Shown in pieces: positions 1 through 9,838 of a stretch of DNA of 64,000 bases. Under the pieces are notes generated by a model. The model did no database searches. It was given only the letters and a program-made list of their open reading frames with translations, and was not told where the DNA came from. How positions within the stretch are numbered: the first letter of the stretch is position 1; each line of letters opens with the position of its first letter. Position numbers and translations under genes: made by a program. Origin of the DNA: Anaerolineae bacterium (GTDB lineage: Bacteria; Chloroflexota; Anaerolineae; JACIWR01); contig JANLFX010000003.1 in NCBI GenBank assembly GCA_024653325.1, positions 11,334 through 75,333 of the forward strand, given 5' to 3'.

Positions 1-1
1 C

Positions 2-211
2 AGTGCCATCGAAGAACACACCTTCGTGACCGAACAGGGAGTGGAAGTAAAGGCTACGATCAGTGTAGGCATCGCTGTTTTCCCCGGCGACGCGCGGGAC
101 ATCGCTGGCCTGATCAAAAAGGCGGACCGGGCTGCTTATCTGGCCAAGCGCATGGGCAAGAACCGGGTTTGCCTGTACGAGGACCGTACAGCGCGTGAGG
201 TCGAGGGCTGA
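2..211 (+). CDS. GGDEF-domain diguanylate cyclase, C-terminal fragment (gene begins upstream of the window)
   Basis: Translation [40 protein letters not shown] matches the C-terminal part of a GGDEF domain; the frame is open to the window edge. Confidence 0.7.
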   Translation, partial: SAIEEHTFVTEQGVEVKATISVGIAVFPGDARDIAGLIKKADRAAYLAKRMGKNRVCLYEDRTAREVEG

Positions 212-212
212 G

Positions 213-479
213 ATGAGGCCGCCTGCTGAGATTCGCCTGGATAACATACATCTGCCGCTGACCAGACTTGGTGGTCGAATGCGGTTTGCCATCTTGATCG
301 TGGTGTTTAACATCCTCTTGATCACCACCTTGCTTTTGGCTTTGCAACAGGGCGAGCTCAAGAGGGAGGTGATTACCCTGCAGGCCACGCGCATGGTATA
401 CGAGGAGCAAATCCGTACTGAGGTATTTACCCGTACTCAAGTCATCACCCGTGTCATTCCCTATGGGTCGCTGCCGTGA
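213..479 (+). CDS. small membrane protein (1 TM + coiled segment), paralogous to the N-terminal anchor of the 1889-4174 surface protein
   Basis: RFAILIVVFNILLITTLLLAL...EVITLQA aligns with RFILLIGLFNFLLIILVLLTL...EIQTIER of the downstream gene; start chosen at the Met immediately after the GGDEF stop. Confidence 0.45.
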   Translation: MRPPAEIRLDNIHLPLTRLGGRMRFAILIVVFNILLITTLLLALQQGELKREVITLQATRMVYEEQIRTEVFTRTQVITRVIPYGSLP

Positions 480-556
480 AGAATCAGCGAGTGAGCGAAG
501 CAGCGAGGGCGCGCTGACTCGCTTTCCCAATAGATATCGGTGGGAGGGGATAACGA

Positions 557-1819
557 ATGGAATTTAGCCAAATATCTACCGAGCACGTGAAAATAGCCGA
601 GTTGAGCCGCAAGATCGGTCAGATTCTTGTTGAACGAGGTGATTACGAACAGGCTCTGCACCAGTTCCAGTTGGGTTTGCAATACCTGGAGGGCATCGAG
701 CACAATGAACTGGTGCGCATTTACAACGAGATCGGCCGCGTCTACTGGCATCAGGGCAGACTGGAAGAGGCTAAGATCTGGACCGAGAAAGCCTTCGAGT
801 TGGCCGAGAAATTGCTGGATCCGGATGAACTGGCCCGCTTACTTTATTTTGCCGGTATCCGTTACTTCCGCCAGGGTGAGAATAAACTGGCAGAGGATCA
901 TTGGTTGCGCAGTCTGGAAATCAGCCGCCAAACCGGCGACCTGGCCACCCAGGCCAAATTGTACCAAAACCTGGGATGGCAGGCCAAGTTGACTGGCCAC
1001 TATGCCCAGGCCCTGGAATACCTGGAACAGGGTAGAGTGCTGGCCAACGAGTGCAAAGACATCGCTTCTCTATCCTTTATCTACGAAACCCTGGGCGAGA
1101 CATATTATGCCCTGGGCAATTGGAACAAGGCTGTCGAGAGCCTGCAGGAAAGCCTCAATCTGGCGGAACAGGCCGGTTTACGCAAGGCTACCTCCCGTGC
1201 CTTCAGTGTCCTGGGTGACATCTACCGCAATCAGGGGCGCTGGGCCGAGGCCGATGAGTGCTATCAGCGCAGCCTGGCCTACATCACTCCCACCGGTAGC
1301 CCTCAGTCCCTGTTTGTGGTCAACCTGGGGCTGGGGCTGATCAGCATGGAGCGCGAGCGATACGACCAGGCCAGGGAATACTTCGATAAATGCTGGGAGA
1401 TCGCCAGCAAGGGCGCTGGTTTCACCAGTCGCATGGCCGCGGTGCAGTCCTACATGGGCGAGCTTGCCGTCCGCCTGAACAACCTGGAAGAAGCCGAGTC
1501 CCATTGCGCCGAGGCTGTCCGTCTGGCCCAAGAGGCCGATGCTCGTGCCGAATATGCCTACGCTGTCATGGTACAGGGCATGATCGCCACCAGACGCAAG
1601 CAATGGAACGAGGCCATGCTCCATTACAGCGAGGCCAAGCGCATCTTCGACGAGTTGGGAGATAAGTACAATCAGGGGTTGGTCGCTTTCGAGATAGGCA
1701 TGATGTTTGTGGCCCAAGGCGATAACGGACAAGCCAGGGCTTTCCTGGATCAGGCCCGCCGGATTTTCAGCGAGTTGGGTGCGAAATCCAAACTCGACAA
1801 GTTTCCCGCCGGCTATTGA
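557..1819 (+). CDS. tetratricopeptide (TPR) repeat protein
   Basis: Repeated 34-aa TPR-like units with the W-LG-Y-A-F-A pattern along the full length; SD GGAGGGGATAACGA precedes the ATG. Confidence 0.8.
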   Translation: MEFSQISTEHVKIAELSRKIGQILVERGDYEQALHQFQLGLQYLEGIEHNELVRIYNEIGRVYWHQGRLEEAKIWTEKAFELAEKLLDPDELARLLYFAGIRYFRQGENKLAEDHWLRSLEISRQTGDLATQAKLYQNLGWQAKLTGHYAQALEYLEQGRVLANECKDIASLSFIYETLGETYYALGNWNKAVESLQESLNLAEQAGLRKATSRAFSVLGDIYRNQGRWAEADECYQRSLAYITPTGSPQSLFVVNLGLGLISMERERYDQAREYFDKCWEIASKGAGFTSRMAAVQSYMGELAVRLNNLEEAESHCAEAVRLAQEADARAEYAYAVMVQGMIATRRKQWNEAMLHYSEAKRIFDELGDKYNQGLVAFEIGMMFVAQGDNGQARAFLDQARRIFSELGAKSKLDKFPAGY

Positions 1820-1888
1820 CCAACTTCCAACCTTCCAATCTTCTAATCTTCCAGCCTCTCATGAGTTGGGGGGTAGCGAGATCGAGCC

Positions 1889-4174
1889 ATGATTGATGAT
1901 CCAAACCCCGGAATCGAATTATGGCGTAACCTGCGAGACCGCCTCAACCTGGACACCCGCTGGCGCTTTATCCTTCTTATCGGCCTGTTCAATTTCCTGC
2001 TCATCATCCTCGTTCTCCTCACCTTGCGCAACCAGGAAATTGTTTTGGAGATTCAGACCATCGAGCGGGAAATCCGCCAGGCGGTAGAAGTTTTGGCTAC
2101 CGTGCAGGCAGAGGTGGTGGAAGTGGTGTACATCACGGCTACCCCCAGCCCGACGGTGCAGATAATTGCCGCTGCCACTCATACTCTAACCCCAACAGAA
2201 GTGGTTCCTACCACTGCGCCGGTCACTCCCACCCCACTGCCCACCGAGTCACCGACCTCTACGCCCGCGCCGACTACAACCGTCACTCACACTCCTACTC
2301 CTATCCCGACGGCTACTCATTCCCCGACTCCTATTCCGACGTCTACTTACACGCCGACCCCAACGCCTACTCATACGCCTACTTTTACCCCCACTCCGGT
2401 GACCCCTACTCCAACGACCACTGACACGCCCACCCCCAGCGCCCCGGGCGTCAGCAGTATCACTCCACCCTCGGGCTCGGTGGATGACAGCGCATTGGCG
2501 GTGACCATCACGGGCGCGAACTTTCAACCCGGCGCGAGTGCTCTGCTGCAGCAGGGCGGCTCGATTATCCCCGCTACCGGCGTGACCGTGGTGGATGACG
2601 CGCACATCACTTGTACGTTTGATCTCAGCGGCCAGGCCCTGGGGAGCTGGGACGTGGTAGTGATTAACCCTGATAGCCGGTCAGGTACCTTGCCGGGTGG
2701 TTTCACCGTGGTGCACGGTGCGCTGCACCATTTCACCTTTGATCCCATAACCCAGCAGGTGATCAACGCGAACTTCCCCATCACGATCACGGCCAGAGAT
2801 CAGTACAACAATCTGGCTTCCAGCTACACGGCGGCGGCCACGCTCGATGACACGACCGCCACCATCAGCCCGACTGGCACCTCGAACTTCACTGCTGGAG
2901 TCTGGAATGGCCCGGTGGTCATTGGCGCGGTGGGGACGGACATCGTGATTACGGCCACGTCCGGCGTGGTAGGCGCGAGCAACCCCTTCACTGTGACCCA
3001 TCCCACGCCCATCGTGCTGGGCATTACCCCCAACGAGGGGCTCTCCACCGAGACGACTCCGGCGATTATTACCGGCACGAACTTCGCGGCCACGCCAGAC
3101 GTGCTCATTGGCAGTACCTCTCTGACGCCGACCATCACCTGGGTGGATGGGACTACCCTGAACGGCACCGTCCCGGCTGGATTATCCCCTGGGATATATA
3201 ACGTAACCGTGCGCAACCCCGGCCCGACGAATCCCTCCGGTACGCTGGAGCACGCTTTCACCGTGCGGGATGCGATCACCCAGCCGTACCAGGTGCTGGA
3301 TTACGCCAGACTGCGTACAAACGGGTTGGGTAATGGAGATAGTGATGGGGATAATGACAAGGTACAGGTCATCTTCTTTGAGTTTCCGGACAGCCTGCCG
3401 TCTGACACTACTCTGTATTTTAACATCTTCGACCCAGATTGTGGCGGGTCAGTTGACACCGCCGGGTGCGGCATGAGCACCACCTTCAGTGTCCTGGGTG
3501 GTGAAGGCGCTTATACCAACAATTTGTCTCGCGCACCTTTCTTCAACGGCACTAACCGGGCCGGCGTTCTGGCTGGCACCCTGCTCATCAGCCGCACTTT
3601 TGGGGCCGATCCCACAGACGGTACATGGGTGGCGCTGAATACCGAGCCCATTACCATTACCCTGGGAGAGCCAGTTGATGGTAAATACATCTTCAAGCTG
3701 GCAGTGGAGGGTCTGAGTGGCAGCGGTGGAAATATCTACGATGTCTCTATCGGCACATCACCGGCCACGACAAACACCGTGCCCTCCGGCACTCGTGTCT
3801 TTGCCTATGGTTTGACTTTCGAAACACCCATGTCGGCACGGCCACACTTGTATCCATACGTCGCAGCGAGCATGACACAGGTCACTCAGTACAACTTTGA
3901 TTTCGATGCTCCACCTGGCACCATGACCTTCACCACGCCATCGGGCCAAGCACTTGCTTTGGCTGTGAGTGGTGATGGGGTCTGGGCCTCATCCTCCCAC
4001 ACCGCCGCTGCGGAAGACCACGACGCCACCTGGACGGTGAACATAGAGAGTGGATTCGGATTCGATAACTGCGTCACTTTCTACGCCACCGATCAGAACG
4101 GCAACGCCCTGGCCATCTTCGGCCAGCCGTACGGCGGGGCGCCACCACCCCTGCCCGGCGGGACCGCTCCGTAA
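1889..4174 (+). CDS. membrane-anchored cell-surface protein with a Pro/Thr-rich linker and IPT/TIG-like Ig-fold domains
   Basis: N-terminal TM helix, about 100 aa of PT repeats (TPTPTHTPTFTPTPV...), repeated ITGANF...GSWDVVV and ITGTNF...GIYNVTV IPT/TIG-like units; C-terminal 300 aa of unknown fold. Confidence 0.8.
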   Translation: MIDDPNPGIELWRNLRDRLNLDTRWRFILLIGLFNFLLIILVLLTLRNQEIVLEIQTIEREIRQAVEVLATVQAEVVEVVYITATPSPTVQIIAAATHTLTPTEVVPTTAPVTPTPLPTESPTSTPAPTTTVTHTPTPIPTATHSPTPIPTSTYTPTPTPTHTPTFTPTPVTPTPTTTDTPTPSAPGVSSITPPSGSVDDSALAVTITGANFQPGASALLQQGGSIIPATGVTVVDDAHITCTFDLSGQALGSWDVVVINPDSRSGTLPGGFTVVHGALHHFTFDPITQQVINANFPITITARDQYNNLASSYTAAATLDDTTATISPTGTSNFTAGVWNGPVVIGAVGTDIVITATSGVVGASNPFTVTHPTPIVLGITPNEGLSTETTPAIITGTNFAATPDVLIGSTSLTPTITWVDGTTLNGTVPAGLSPGIYNVTVRNPGPTNPSGTLEHAFTVRDAITQPYQVLDYARLRTNGLGNGDSDGDNDKVQVIFFEFPDSLPSDTTLYFNIFDPDCGGSVDTAGCGMSTTFSVLGGEGAYTNNLSRAPFFNGTNRAGVLAGTLLISRTFGADPTDGTWVALNTEPITITLGEPVDGKYIFKLAVEGLSGSGGNIYDVSIGTSPATTNTVPSGTRVFAYGLTFETPMSARPHLYPYVAASMTQVTQYNFDFDAPPGTMTFTTPSGQALALAVSGDGVWASSSHTAAAEDHDATWTVNIESGFGFDNCVTFYATDQNGNALAIFGQPYGGAPPPLPGGTAP

Positions 4175-4186
4175 TTCTCCACTAAG

Positions 4187-4203
4187 GTGACCGTCACCTG
4201 TTG
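4187..4203. repeat. AGGTGACCGTCACCT palindrome (half-unit of the GGTGAC-N-GTCACC hairpin family)
   Basis: Self-complementary 15-mer directly after the stop of the 1889-4174 gene; related to the hairpins at 22913 and 39380. Confidence 0.4.
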
Positions 4204-4212
4204 TGTCCCCGC

Positions 4213-4240
4213 TTGACTATATGCCCAAGTCCGTTATAAT
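4213..4240 (+). promoter_or_regulatory. sigma-70-like promoter for prfA (TTGACT, 16 nt spacer, TATAAT)
   Basis: Near-consensus hexamers 70 nt upstream of prfA; a leader hairpin GGGCTTGC...GCAAGCCC follows. Confidence 0.4.
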
Positions 4241-4309
4241 AGAATCAAAACATTCCGGGCTTGCTCTCACGTGTGCCTTTTGGCAAGCCCCTGAAGGAGT
4301 TGAAGTTAT

Positions 4310-5386
4310 ATGTTAGAGAAATTGGCCCTCGTGGCCGAACGCTACGAGGAATTGAACCACCTGATGGCGGATCCAGAAGTGGCCACTGACCCGGACCGCC
4401 TGACCGAATACGCCCAGGAACAGGCTGAGATCGAGCCTTTGGTGCAGACGTACCATCAGTATAAGTCTGTTCTCGAGGAATTGACCCAGACGGAGTCCAT
4501 GCTGCACGACGATGGCCTGGGCGAGGACATGCGGGAACTGGTTGTCGAGGAGCTGGAGGGGCTACAAACCCGCCGTGCCGAGTTGGAAGAGAAATTGCAG
4601 AAGATGCTCCTGCCCAAAGACCCCAACGACGAGAAGAACGTCATTATGGAGATTCGCGCTGGCACCGGCGGGGATGAGGCCGGGCTTTTCGCCGCTGACC
4701 TGTACCGCATGTACACCCGCTACGCGGAATCCCAGGGCTGGGACACGGAATTGCTTAGCGCCCACGAGACGGGCATCGGTGGGTTCAAAGAAGTGATTTT
4801 CATGGTCAAGGGTAAAGGAGCCTATTCGCGCCTGAAGTACGAGAGTGGCGTGCACCGCGTACAGCGCGTGCCGGTCACCGAGGCCAGCGGCCGCATTCAC
4901 ACCTCAACGGCCACCGTGGCCGTGCTCCCAGAGATGGATGAGATCGAGGTCGAGGTGAACCCTGACGACCTGCGCATTGACGTGTACTGCTCGTCCGGAC
5001 CGGGCGGCCAGCACATGCAGAAAAACGCCACTGCCGTGCGCATCACTCACCTGCCGACAGGCATGGTTGTCTCCTGCGAAAGCGAACGGTCCCAGCTACA
5101 GAACAAGCTGCGGGCCATGGCCGTCCTCCGCTCCCGCCTGTACGCGATGGAAGAAGAGCGTCAGCGCGAGGAACGGGGCGAGGCCCGCCGTTTGCAGGTC
5201 GGCAGCGGGGAGCGCAGCGAGAAAATCCGCACCTACAATTTCCCGCAGAGCCGCATCACCGACCACCGCATCGGTTTCACTACCCATCGCCTGGTTGGCG
5301 TTCTGGATGGTGACCTGGATGAACTCATTGACGAACTGACCGCTGCCGAGGAGGCCAGATTACTGGAATCCATCGCCGAGGGGTAA
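4310..5386 (+). CDS. prfA: peptide chain release factor 1
   Basis: GGQ motif ([19 protein letters not shown]), [26 protein letters not shown] codon-recognition region, RF-1 length. Confidence 0.95.
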   Translation: MLEKLALVAERYEELNHLMADPEVATDPDRLTEYAQEQAEIEPLVQTYHQYKSVLEELTQTESMLHDDGLGEDMRELVVEELEGLQTRRAELEEKLQKMLLPKDPNDEKNVIMEIRAGTGGDEAGLFAADLYRMYTRYAESQGWDTELLSAHETGIGGFKEVIFMVKGKGAYSRLKYESGVHRVQRVPVTEASGRIHTSTATVAVLPEMDEIEVEVNPDDLRIDVYCSSGPGGQHMQKNATAVRITHLPTGMVVSCESERSQLQNKLRAMAVLRSRLYAMEEERQREERGEARRLQVGSGERSEKIRTYNFPQSRITDHRIGFTTHRLVGVLDGDLDELIDELTAAEEARLLESIAEG

Positions 5387-5392
5387 ACTAAC

Positions 5393-6259
5393 GTGTACGA
5401 ACCGATGTCTGAGGTGAGCACGGCCCTCCGGTGGGCAACGGATCGTCTGCACACATCCGGTGTGGATGACCCTCGCCTGGACGCGGAAATCCTGTTGGCG
5501 CACGTCCTGCAGGTGGACCGCAGCTACCTCCTGGCCCATCCGGAGCGGAATCTGAGCGCCACCGAGGGTGCTTGTTATCGCCAGCTCATTGCCCGCCGCG
5601 CGCAACACGAGCCCGTGGCTTACCTGGTGGGCCATCAGGAATTCTACGGGCTCGATTTCTTTGTCAGCCCGGCAGTGCTTATCCCCCGCCCGGAGACCGA
5701 ACTGCTCGTCGAAGCGGCTGTTGTCTTGGGGCGTGCATCGCCGAGGCGACCCTGGATCGCCGCCGACGTGGGTACCGGCAGTGGGGCCATCGCTGTCAGT
5801 CTGGCGATGAACGTGCCTCACGCTCGTGTCTATGCCACAGATATATCCACCGAAGCCCTGACCATCGCCGGGGAGAACTGCCGTCGCCACGGGGTCAGCG
5901 AGCGCGTGACGCTGCTCGGCGGTCACCTGCTGGTTCCTCTGCCCGAACCGGTGGATTGCATCGTCGCCAATCTGCCCTACGTCAGCTACGAGGAATGGGA
6001 ATCCTTGCCTGTGGGCATCGTTGCTTATGAGCCGCGTCTGGCCCTTGACGGCGGTGTCCACGGCCTGGAACGCATTGGTGACTTGTTGGCTTCTGCTGAA
6101 CCGTACCTGCGCCCCGGTGGGGTGATCCTTTTGGAAATCTGGGCCACGCAAGGAGCGGCAGTGGTCGGGTTGGCTGAGAAATGTTTTCCCCAGGCTCAAG
6201 TGGACCTTTTGCGCGATTATGCCGGCCTGGACCGCGTGGTACGTATCCGAGCAATTTGA
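5393..6259 (+). CDS. prmC: release factor glutamine N5-methyltransferase (HemK/PrmC)
   Basis: SAM-methyltransferase fold (DVGTGSGAIAV) and N-L-P-Y motif (IVANLPYV); immediately downstream of prfA. The start could be GTG 5393 or ATG 5405. Confidence 0.85.
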   Translation: MYEPMSEVSTALRWATDRLHTSGVDDPRLDAEILLAHVLQVDRSYLLAHPERNLSATEGACYRQLIARRAQHEPVAYLVGHQEFYGLDFFVSPAVLIPRPETELLVEAAVVLGRASPRRPWIAADVGTGSGAIAVSLAMNVPHARVYATDISTEALTIAGENCRRHGVSERVTLLGGHLLVPLPEPVDCIVANLPYVSYEEWESLPVGIVAYEPRLALDGGVHGLERIGDLLASAEPYLRPGGVILLEIWATQGAAVVGLAEKCFPQAQVDLLRDYAGLDRVVRIRAI

Positions 6260-6303
6260 CGGTAGATACAGCCCACGCAATATGCAACACGGAATACGCA
6301 ACA

Positions 6304-7125
6304 ATGGACCATCAACCACGATACAAACTACTCGCCGCCGATTTAGACGGCACCCTTATCGGTGAGGACTTTGTCCTCTCGCCCCGGGTGAAAAACGCTA
6401 TTCGCCGGGTCATAGAGCGAGGTGTGCATGTTACCCTGGCCACAGGTAGGGAATACACGGCCACGGTTCAGTATGCCCGGGAACTGGGCATTACTACGCC
6501 GCTCATCTGTTACCAGGGGGGACAGATATACGATCCCAACAGTGGAGAAATTCTCCACACCGTGACCATGCCCCGGGATCTGGCCGAAGAGGCCATCCAT
6601 CTGGCATGGGAACGGCAGTGGACTCTGGCTTTGTATGTGGGCGAGCGGATTTTCTTGAACAATACCCAAAAGCTGCCCGAAATGTTCAAGCCATTGGTGG
6701 GGGTTACCGCGCAGTATGTTCCCGATCTCACCACTGTCCTCGACGGCCAACTTTTCAAGTTTATTGTCATTGTGGAGGAAGCAGAGGGCAATCGTGTTGA
6801 AGAGGAACTACGCGCGCGTATGGATGGTCGTTTGCACATCGTGCGCAGCCATCGCTTTTTCGTGGAAGGCAACCCGCTACAGGCTACCAAAGGCCAGGCG
6901 CTGGCTCGCCTGGCTGGATGGCTGGGGATAGCCCGTTCTGAAGTGATGGCTATCGGCGACCAGGGCAACGACATTGATATGGTGGCCTGGGCTGGCCTGG
7001 GTGTGGCCATGGGCAACGCCGTGCCCCAGGTCAAGGCCGTGGCCGATTACATCGCTCCGCCAGTGGACGAAGATGGGGCGGCGGTGGCGATTGAACGCTT
7101 CTTGCTTGACGTAACATGGACTTAA
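6304..7125 (+). CDS. Cof-type HAD-IIB family hydrolase (sugar phosphatase)
   Basis: DLDGTL motif I at the N-terminus and GDQGNDIDM motif IV; start taken at an internal Met of the longer ORF so as not to overlap prmC. Confidence 0.8.
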   Translation: MDHQPRYKLLAADLDGTLIGEDFVLSPRVKNAIRRVIERGVHVTLATGREYTATVQYARELGITTPLICYQGGQIYDPNSGEILHTVTMPRDLAEEAIHLAWERQWTLALYVGERIFLNNTQKLPEMFKPLVGVTAQYVPDLTTVLDGQLFKFIVIVEEAEGNRVEEELRARMDGRLHIVRSHRFFVEGNPLQATKGQALARLAGWLGIARSEVMAIGDQGNDIDMVAWAGLGVAMGNAVPQVKAVADYIAPPVDEDGAAVAIERFLLDVTWT

Positions 7126-7154
7126 GCCCGTGTTGCGTGGATGTATATGTATAG

Positions 7155-7784
7155 ATGGAGACACGCATCCTTTCTGCAGATGATCCTGCTGCCCTGTCCG
7201 TTGCTCTGGACATCCTGCGCCAGGGCGGGGTGATCGCTTTCCCTACCGATACGGTGTATGGCGTAGGCGCGCATGCCTTCCAGCCGGAGGCGGTGGAGTC
7301 GTTGTACGTGGTCAAGGGGCGCCCTGCGGAAAAGGCCATCCCCCTGCTTATCGCCAGCGCCGACGATTTGTTTCTCGTTGCTGCCGAGGTGCCCGAGGCC
7401 GTCTACCGGCTGGCCGCCCGTTTCTGGCCCGGCGGGTTGACCCTGGTCGTGCCTCGGCATCCTTGCGTGCCCGAGGCAGTGAGCCCTGGTCCCACGGTGG
7501 CCGTGCGCGTCCCGGATCATCGCTGTCCGCTGGCCTTGATCGCCGCCCTTGGCGCTCCCCTGGCAGCCACCAGTGCCAACCTCAGCGGGCAGCCCAGTCC
7601 CGCCACCGCCGAACAGGTGCTCGTCCAGCTCGGTGACCGCATCGCTTTGATCCTGGACGGCGGGCCCTGTCCCGGCGGCGTGCCCTCCACCGTGGTAGAT
7701 GTGACCGTGGACCCGCCGGTGATCCTGCGCCACGGGGCTATCAGCGCGGAAGTAATCCTCGATGCCCTGCGGAACCTGAGGTGA
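7155..7784 (+). CDS. tsaC: L-threonylcarbamoyladenylate synthase (YrdC/TsaC family)
   Basis: YrdC-domain signature: AFPTDTVYGVGAHAF, VKGRPAEKAIPLL, SANLSGQPSP. Confidence 0.8.
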   Translation: METRILSADDPAALSVALDILRQGGVIAFPTDTVYGVGAHAFQPEAVESLYVVKGRPAEKAIPLLIASADDLFLVAAEVPEAVYRLAARFWPGGLTLVVPRHPCVPEAVSPGPTVAVRVPDHRCPLALIAALGAPLAATSANLSGQPSPATAEQVLVQLGDRIALILDGGPCPGGVPSTVVDVTVDPPVILRHGAISAEVILDALRNLR

Positions 7785-7799
7785 GAGGAATAGCATTTT

Positions 7800-8894
7800 A
7801 TGCTCATCGGGATTGACGCCAGCCGCGCCGCCCGCGCCCGGCGCACCGGCACCGAAAACTACGCCCTGCACCTGATCCGTGGCTTGCTGACACTGGATCG
7901 GTCGCATCACTATCGCCTGTATTTTAACCGGCGGCCCCCGCCGGGATTGTTCGTACCTGGTCCCAATTGGGAGCCGCGGGTCATACCTTTCCCCCGCCTG
8001 TGGACCCACGTGCGCCTCTCGTGGGAGATGGCATGGAGGCCACCGGACGTGCTTTTTGTCCCCGCCCATGTTTTGCCGGTGATCCATCCCCGGCGCAGCC
8101 TGGTTACTGTGCACGACCTGGGTTATCGGTACTACCCGACTGCACATCGTCCCCTGGACAGGCTCTACCTTGACCTCTCCACTCGTTATCATACTCGCGC
8201 CGCTTCCCACATCCTGGCCGATTCCCAGGCCACGCGAAACGACCTGGTCCGTGAGTACGGTGCCGACCCGACGCGCATTACCGTCGTCTACCCTGGTGTG
8301 GACGAGAGCCTGGGCCGGGTGGACGATCCGGTGGCCATTGCTGCCGTGCGCGGGAAATACGGCATCCACGGCACATATGTGCTCTACGTTGGCACTCTGC
8401 ACCCGCGCAAGAACCTGGTGCGTCTCATCGAGGCATTCTCGATTCTGGAATCCGATGTAGAACTGGTCATCGCCGGGCAGAAGGGCTGGCTCTACGATAG
8501 CATTTTCGCCCGCGTGCGAGAGTTGGGCTTGGAACAGCGGGTGGTTTTCCCCGGCTACGTGGCTGACGTTGACCTGCCAGCATTGCTCTCTGGGGCACGG
8601 GTTTTCGTTTTCCCATCGCTGTATGAGGGTTTTGGCTTCCCGGTGCTGGAGGCAATGGCCTGTGGTGTGCCTGTGGTGTGTAGCAATGCTTCATCGCTAC
8701 CGGAAGTGGCCGGAGACGCGGCGCTGCTGGTGGACCCGCTAGATGTGAAAGCCTGGGGGGTGGCGCTGGAGCGTGCGCTCACGGATGAGGAACTGCGATC
8801 GGAATTGATCAGCCGGGGATATGCGCAGGTGCGGCGCTTCTCGTGGACACGCGCCGCCGGGGAAACATTAAGAGCTATTGTAGGACAGGCTTAA
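7800..8894 (+). CDS. glycosyltransferase family 4 (GT-B fold)
   Basis: C-terminal EGFGFPVLEAMACGVPVVCS motif typical of GT4 retaining transferases. Confidence 0.85.
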   Translation: MLIGIDASRAARARRTGTENYALHLIRGLLTLDRSHHYRLYFNRRPPPGLFVPGPNWEPRVIPFPRLWTHVRLSWEMAWRPPDVLFVPAHVLPVIHPRRSLVTVHDLGYRYYPTAHRPLDRLYLDLSTRYHTRAASHILADSQATRNDLVREYGADPTRITVVYPGVDESLGRVDDPVAIAAVRGKYGIHGTYVLYVGTLHPRKNLVRLIEAFSILESDVELVIAGQKGWLYDSIFARVRELGLEQRVVFPGYVADVDLPALLSGARVFVFPSLYEGFGFPVLEAMACGVPVVCSNASSLPEVAGDAALLVDPLDVKAWGVALERALTDEELRSELISRGYAQVRRFSWTRAAGETLRAIVGQA

Positions 8895-8905
8895 GCCTGC
8901 CCTAC
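8880..8905. terminator. palindromic hairpin GTAGGACAGGC-TTAA-GCCTGCCCTAC shared by two convergent genes (copy 1 of 2)
   Basis: 11-bp stem with a TTAA loop. The loop holds the stop codons of both convergent genes, and both proteins end in VGQA. Confidence 0.6.
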
Positions 8906-9799
8906 CAAAACTACGGCCATGGCTGTGGAATAAAGACGGGTTTCTGGGGTATCGGCCCGCGAGTTGATGATAATAGGCACCCTGGCTCCGACAACCAGGC
9001 CGGCCATTTTGCCGTGAGCCAGATACTGGATGGCCTTGGCGGCGGTGTTGCCTGCTTCTACGCCGGGAACAATGACAATGTTCGCCCGCCCGGCCACCGG
9101 CCCCCCCACACCTTTGAGTCGGGCGGCTTCAGGGCGAACGGCCACATCCAAAGGCATGGGACCATCTACAATAGCTCCCTCCACCCAACCCTGTTCGGCC
9201 ATTTTGGCCAGGGCCAGGGCCTCGATGGAGACCGGCATCTTGGGATGCACAACCTCGCTGGCGGCCAGGATGGCTACGCGGGGCCTTTTCAAACCGAATT
9301 TGTGCGCCACTTCGACCACGTTCTGGATAATGATCAGTTTCTGATGGATGGTGGGATAAAGCACCACCCCGCTATCGCTCAGGTAAAGGATGCGGTCGTA
9401 ACCGGGGATCTCGAATAATCCCACGTGGGTAAGCAAGCCCTTTTCCCGAATGCCTGTCTCCCGGTCCAGAGCCGCTCCCAGAAACTGATCGGTCTTGATC
9501 TGCCCCTTGACGGCCACGTCGGCTTCGCCGGCGCGAACCAGGGCCATTACCTGACGGGCTGCCGCATTAGGATCGGGCTCGTGGGTGATGGTCATCCTCG
9601 CCAGGGAAAGATTTTCCTGGTGGGCGATGCTCTCGATCATCGCCTGGTCTCCTATCAAGTGCGCTGTAGCGATACCCAGTTCGTACAATTCCGCTGCCGA
9701 GGTCAGTACCGAGGCATCGGCTGCGGCGGCGACGGCAATACGCTTTGGGCCCACGGCCCGGGCGGCTGCTATCAATTCTTCAAAATTGTTGATCGCCAT
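8891..9799 (-). CDS. phosphate acetyl/butyryltransferase family protein (PTA_PTB)
   Basis: About 300-aa PTA/PTB-like sequence (MAINNFEELIAAARAVGPKRIAVAAAADASVL..., glycine-rich GxGxxG-type loops); start placed at the Met preceded by SD GAGGAG. Confidence 0.65.
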   Translation of the reverse strand: MAINNFEELIAAARAVGPKRIAVAAAADASVLTSAAELYELGIATAHLIGDQAMIESIAHQENLSLARMTITHEPDPNAAARQVMALVRAGEADVAVKGQIKTDQFLGAALDRETGIREKGLLTHVGLFEIPGYDRILYLSDSGVVLYPTIHQKLIIIQNVVEVAHKFGLKRPRVAILAASEVVHPKMPVSIEALALAKMAEQGWVEGAIVDGPMPLDVAVRPEAARLKGVGGPVAGRANIVIVPGVEAGNTAAKAIQYLAHGKMAGLVVGARVPIIINSRADTPETRLYSTAMAVVLVGQA

Positions 9800-9838
9800 G
9801 CTTTCTCCTCGTACAGGGCAGGTTTCCAAACCTGCCGC

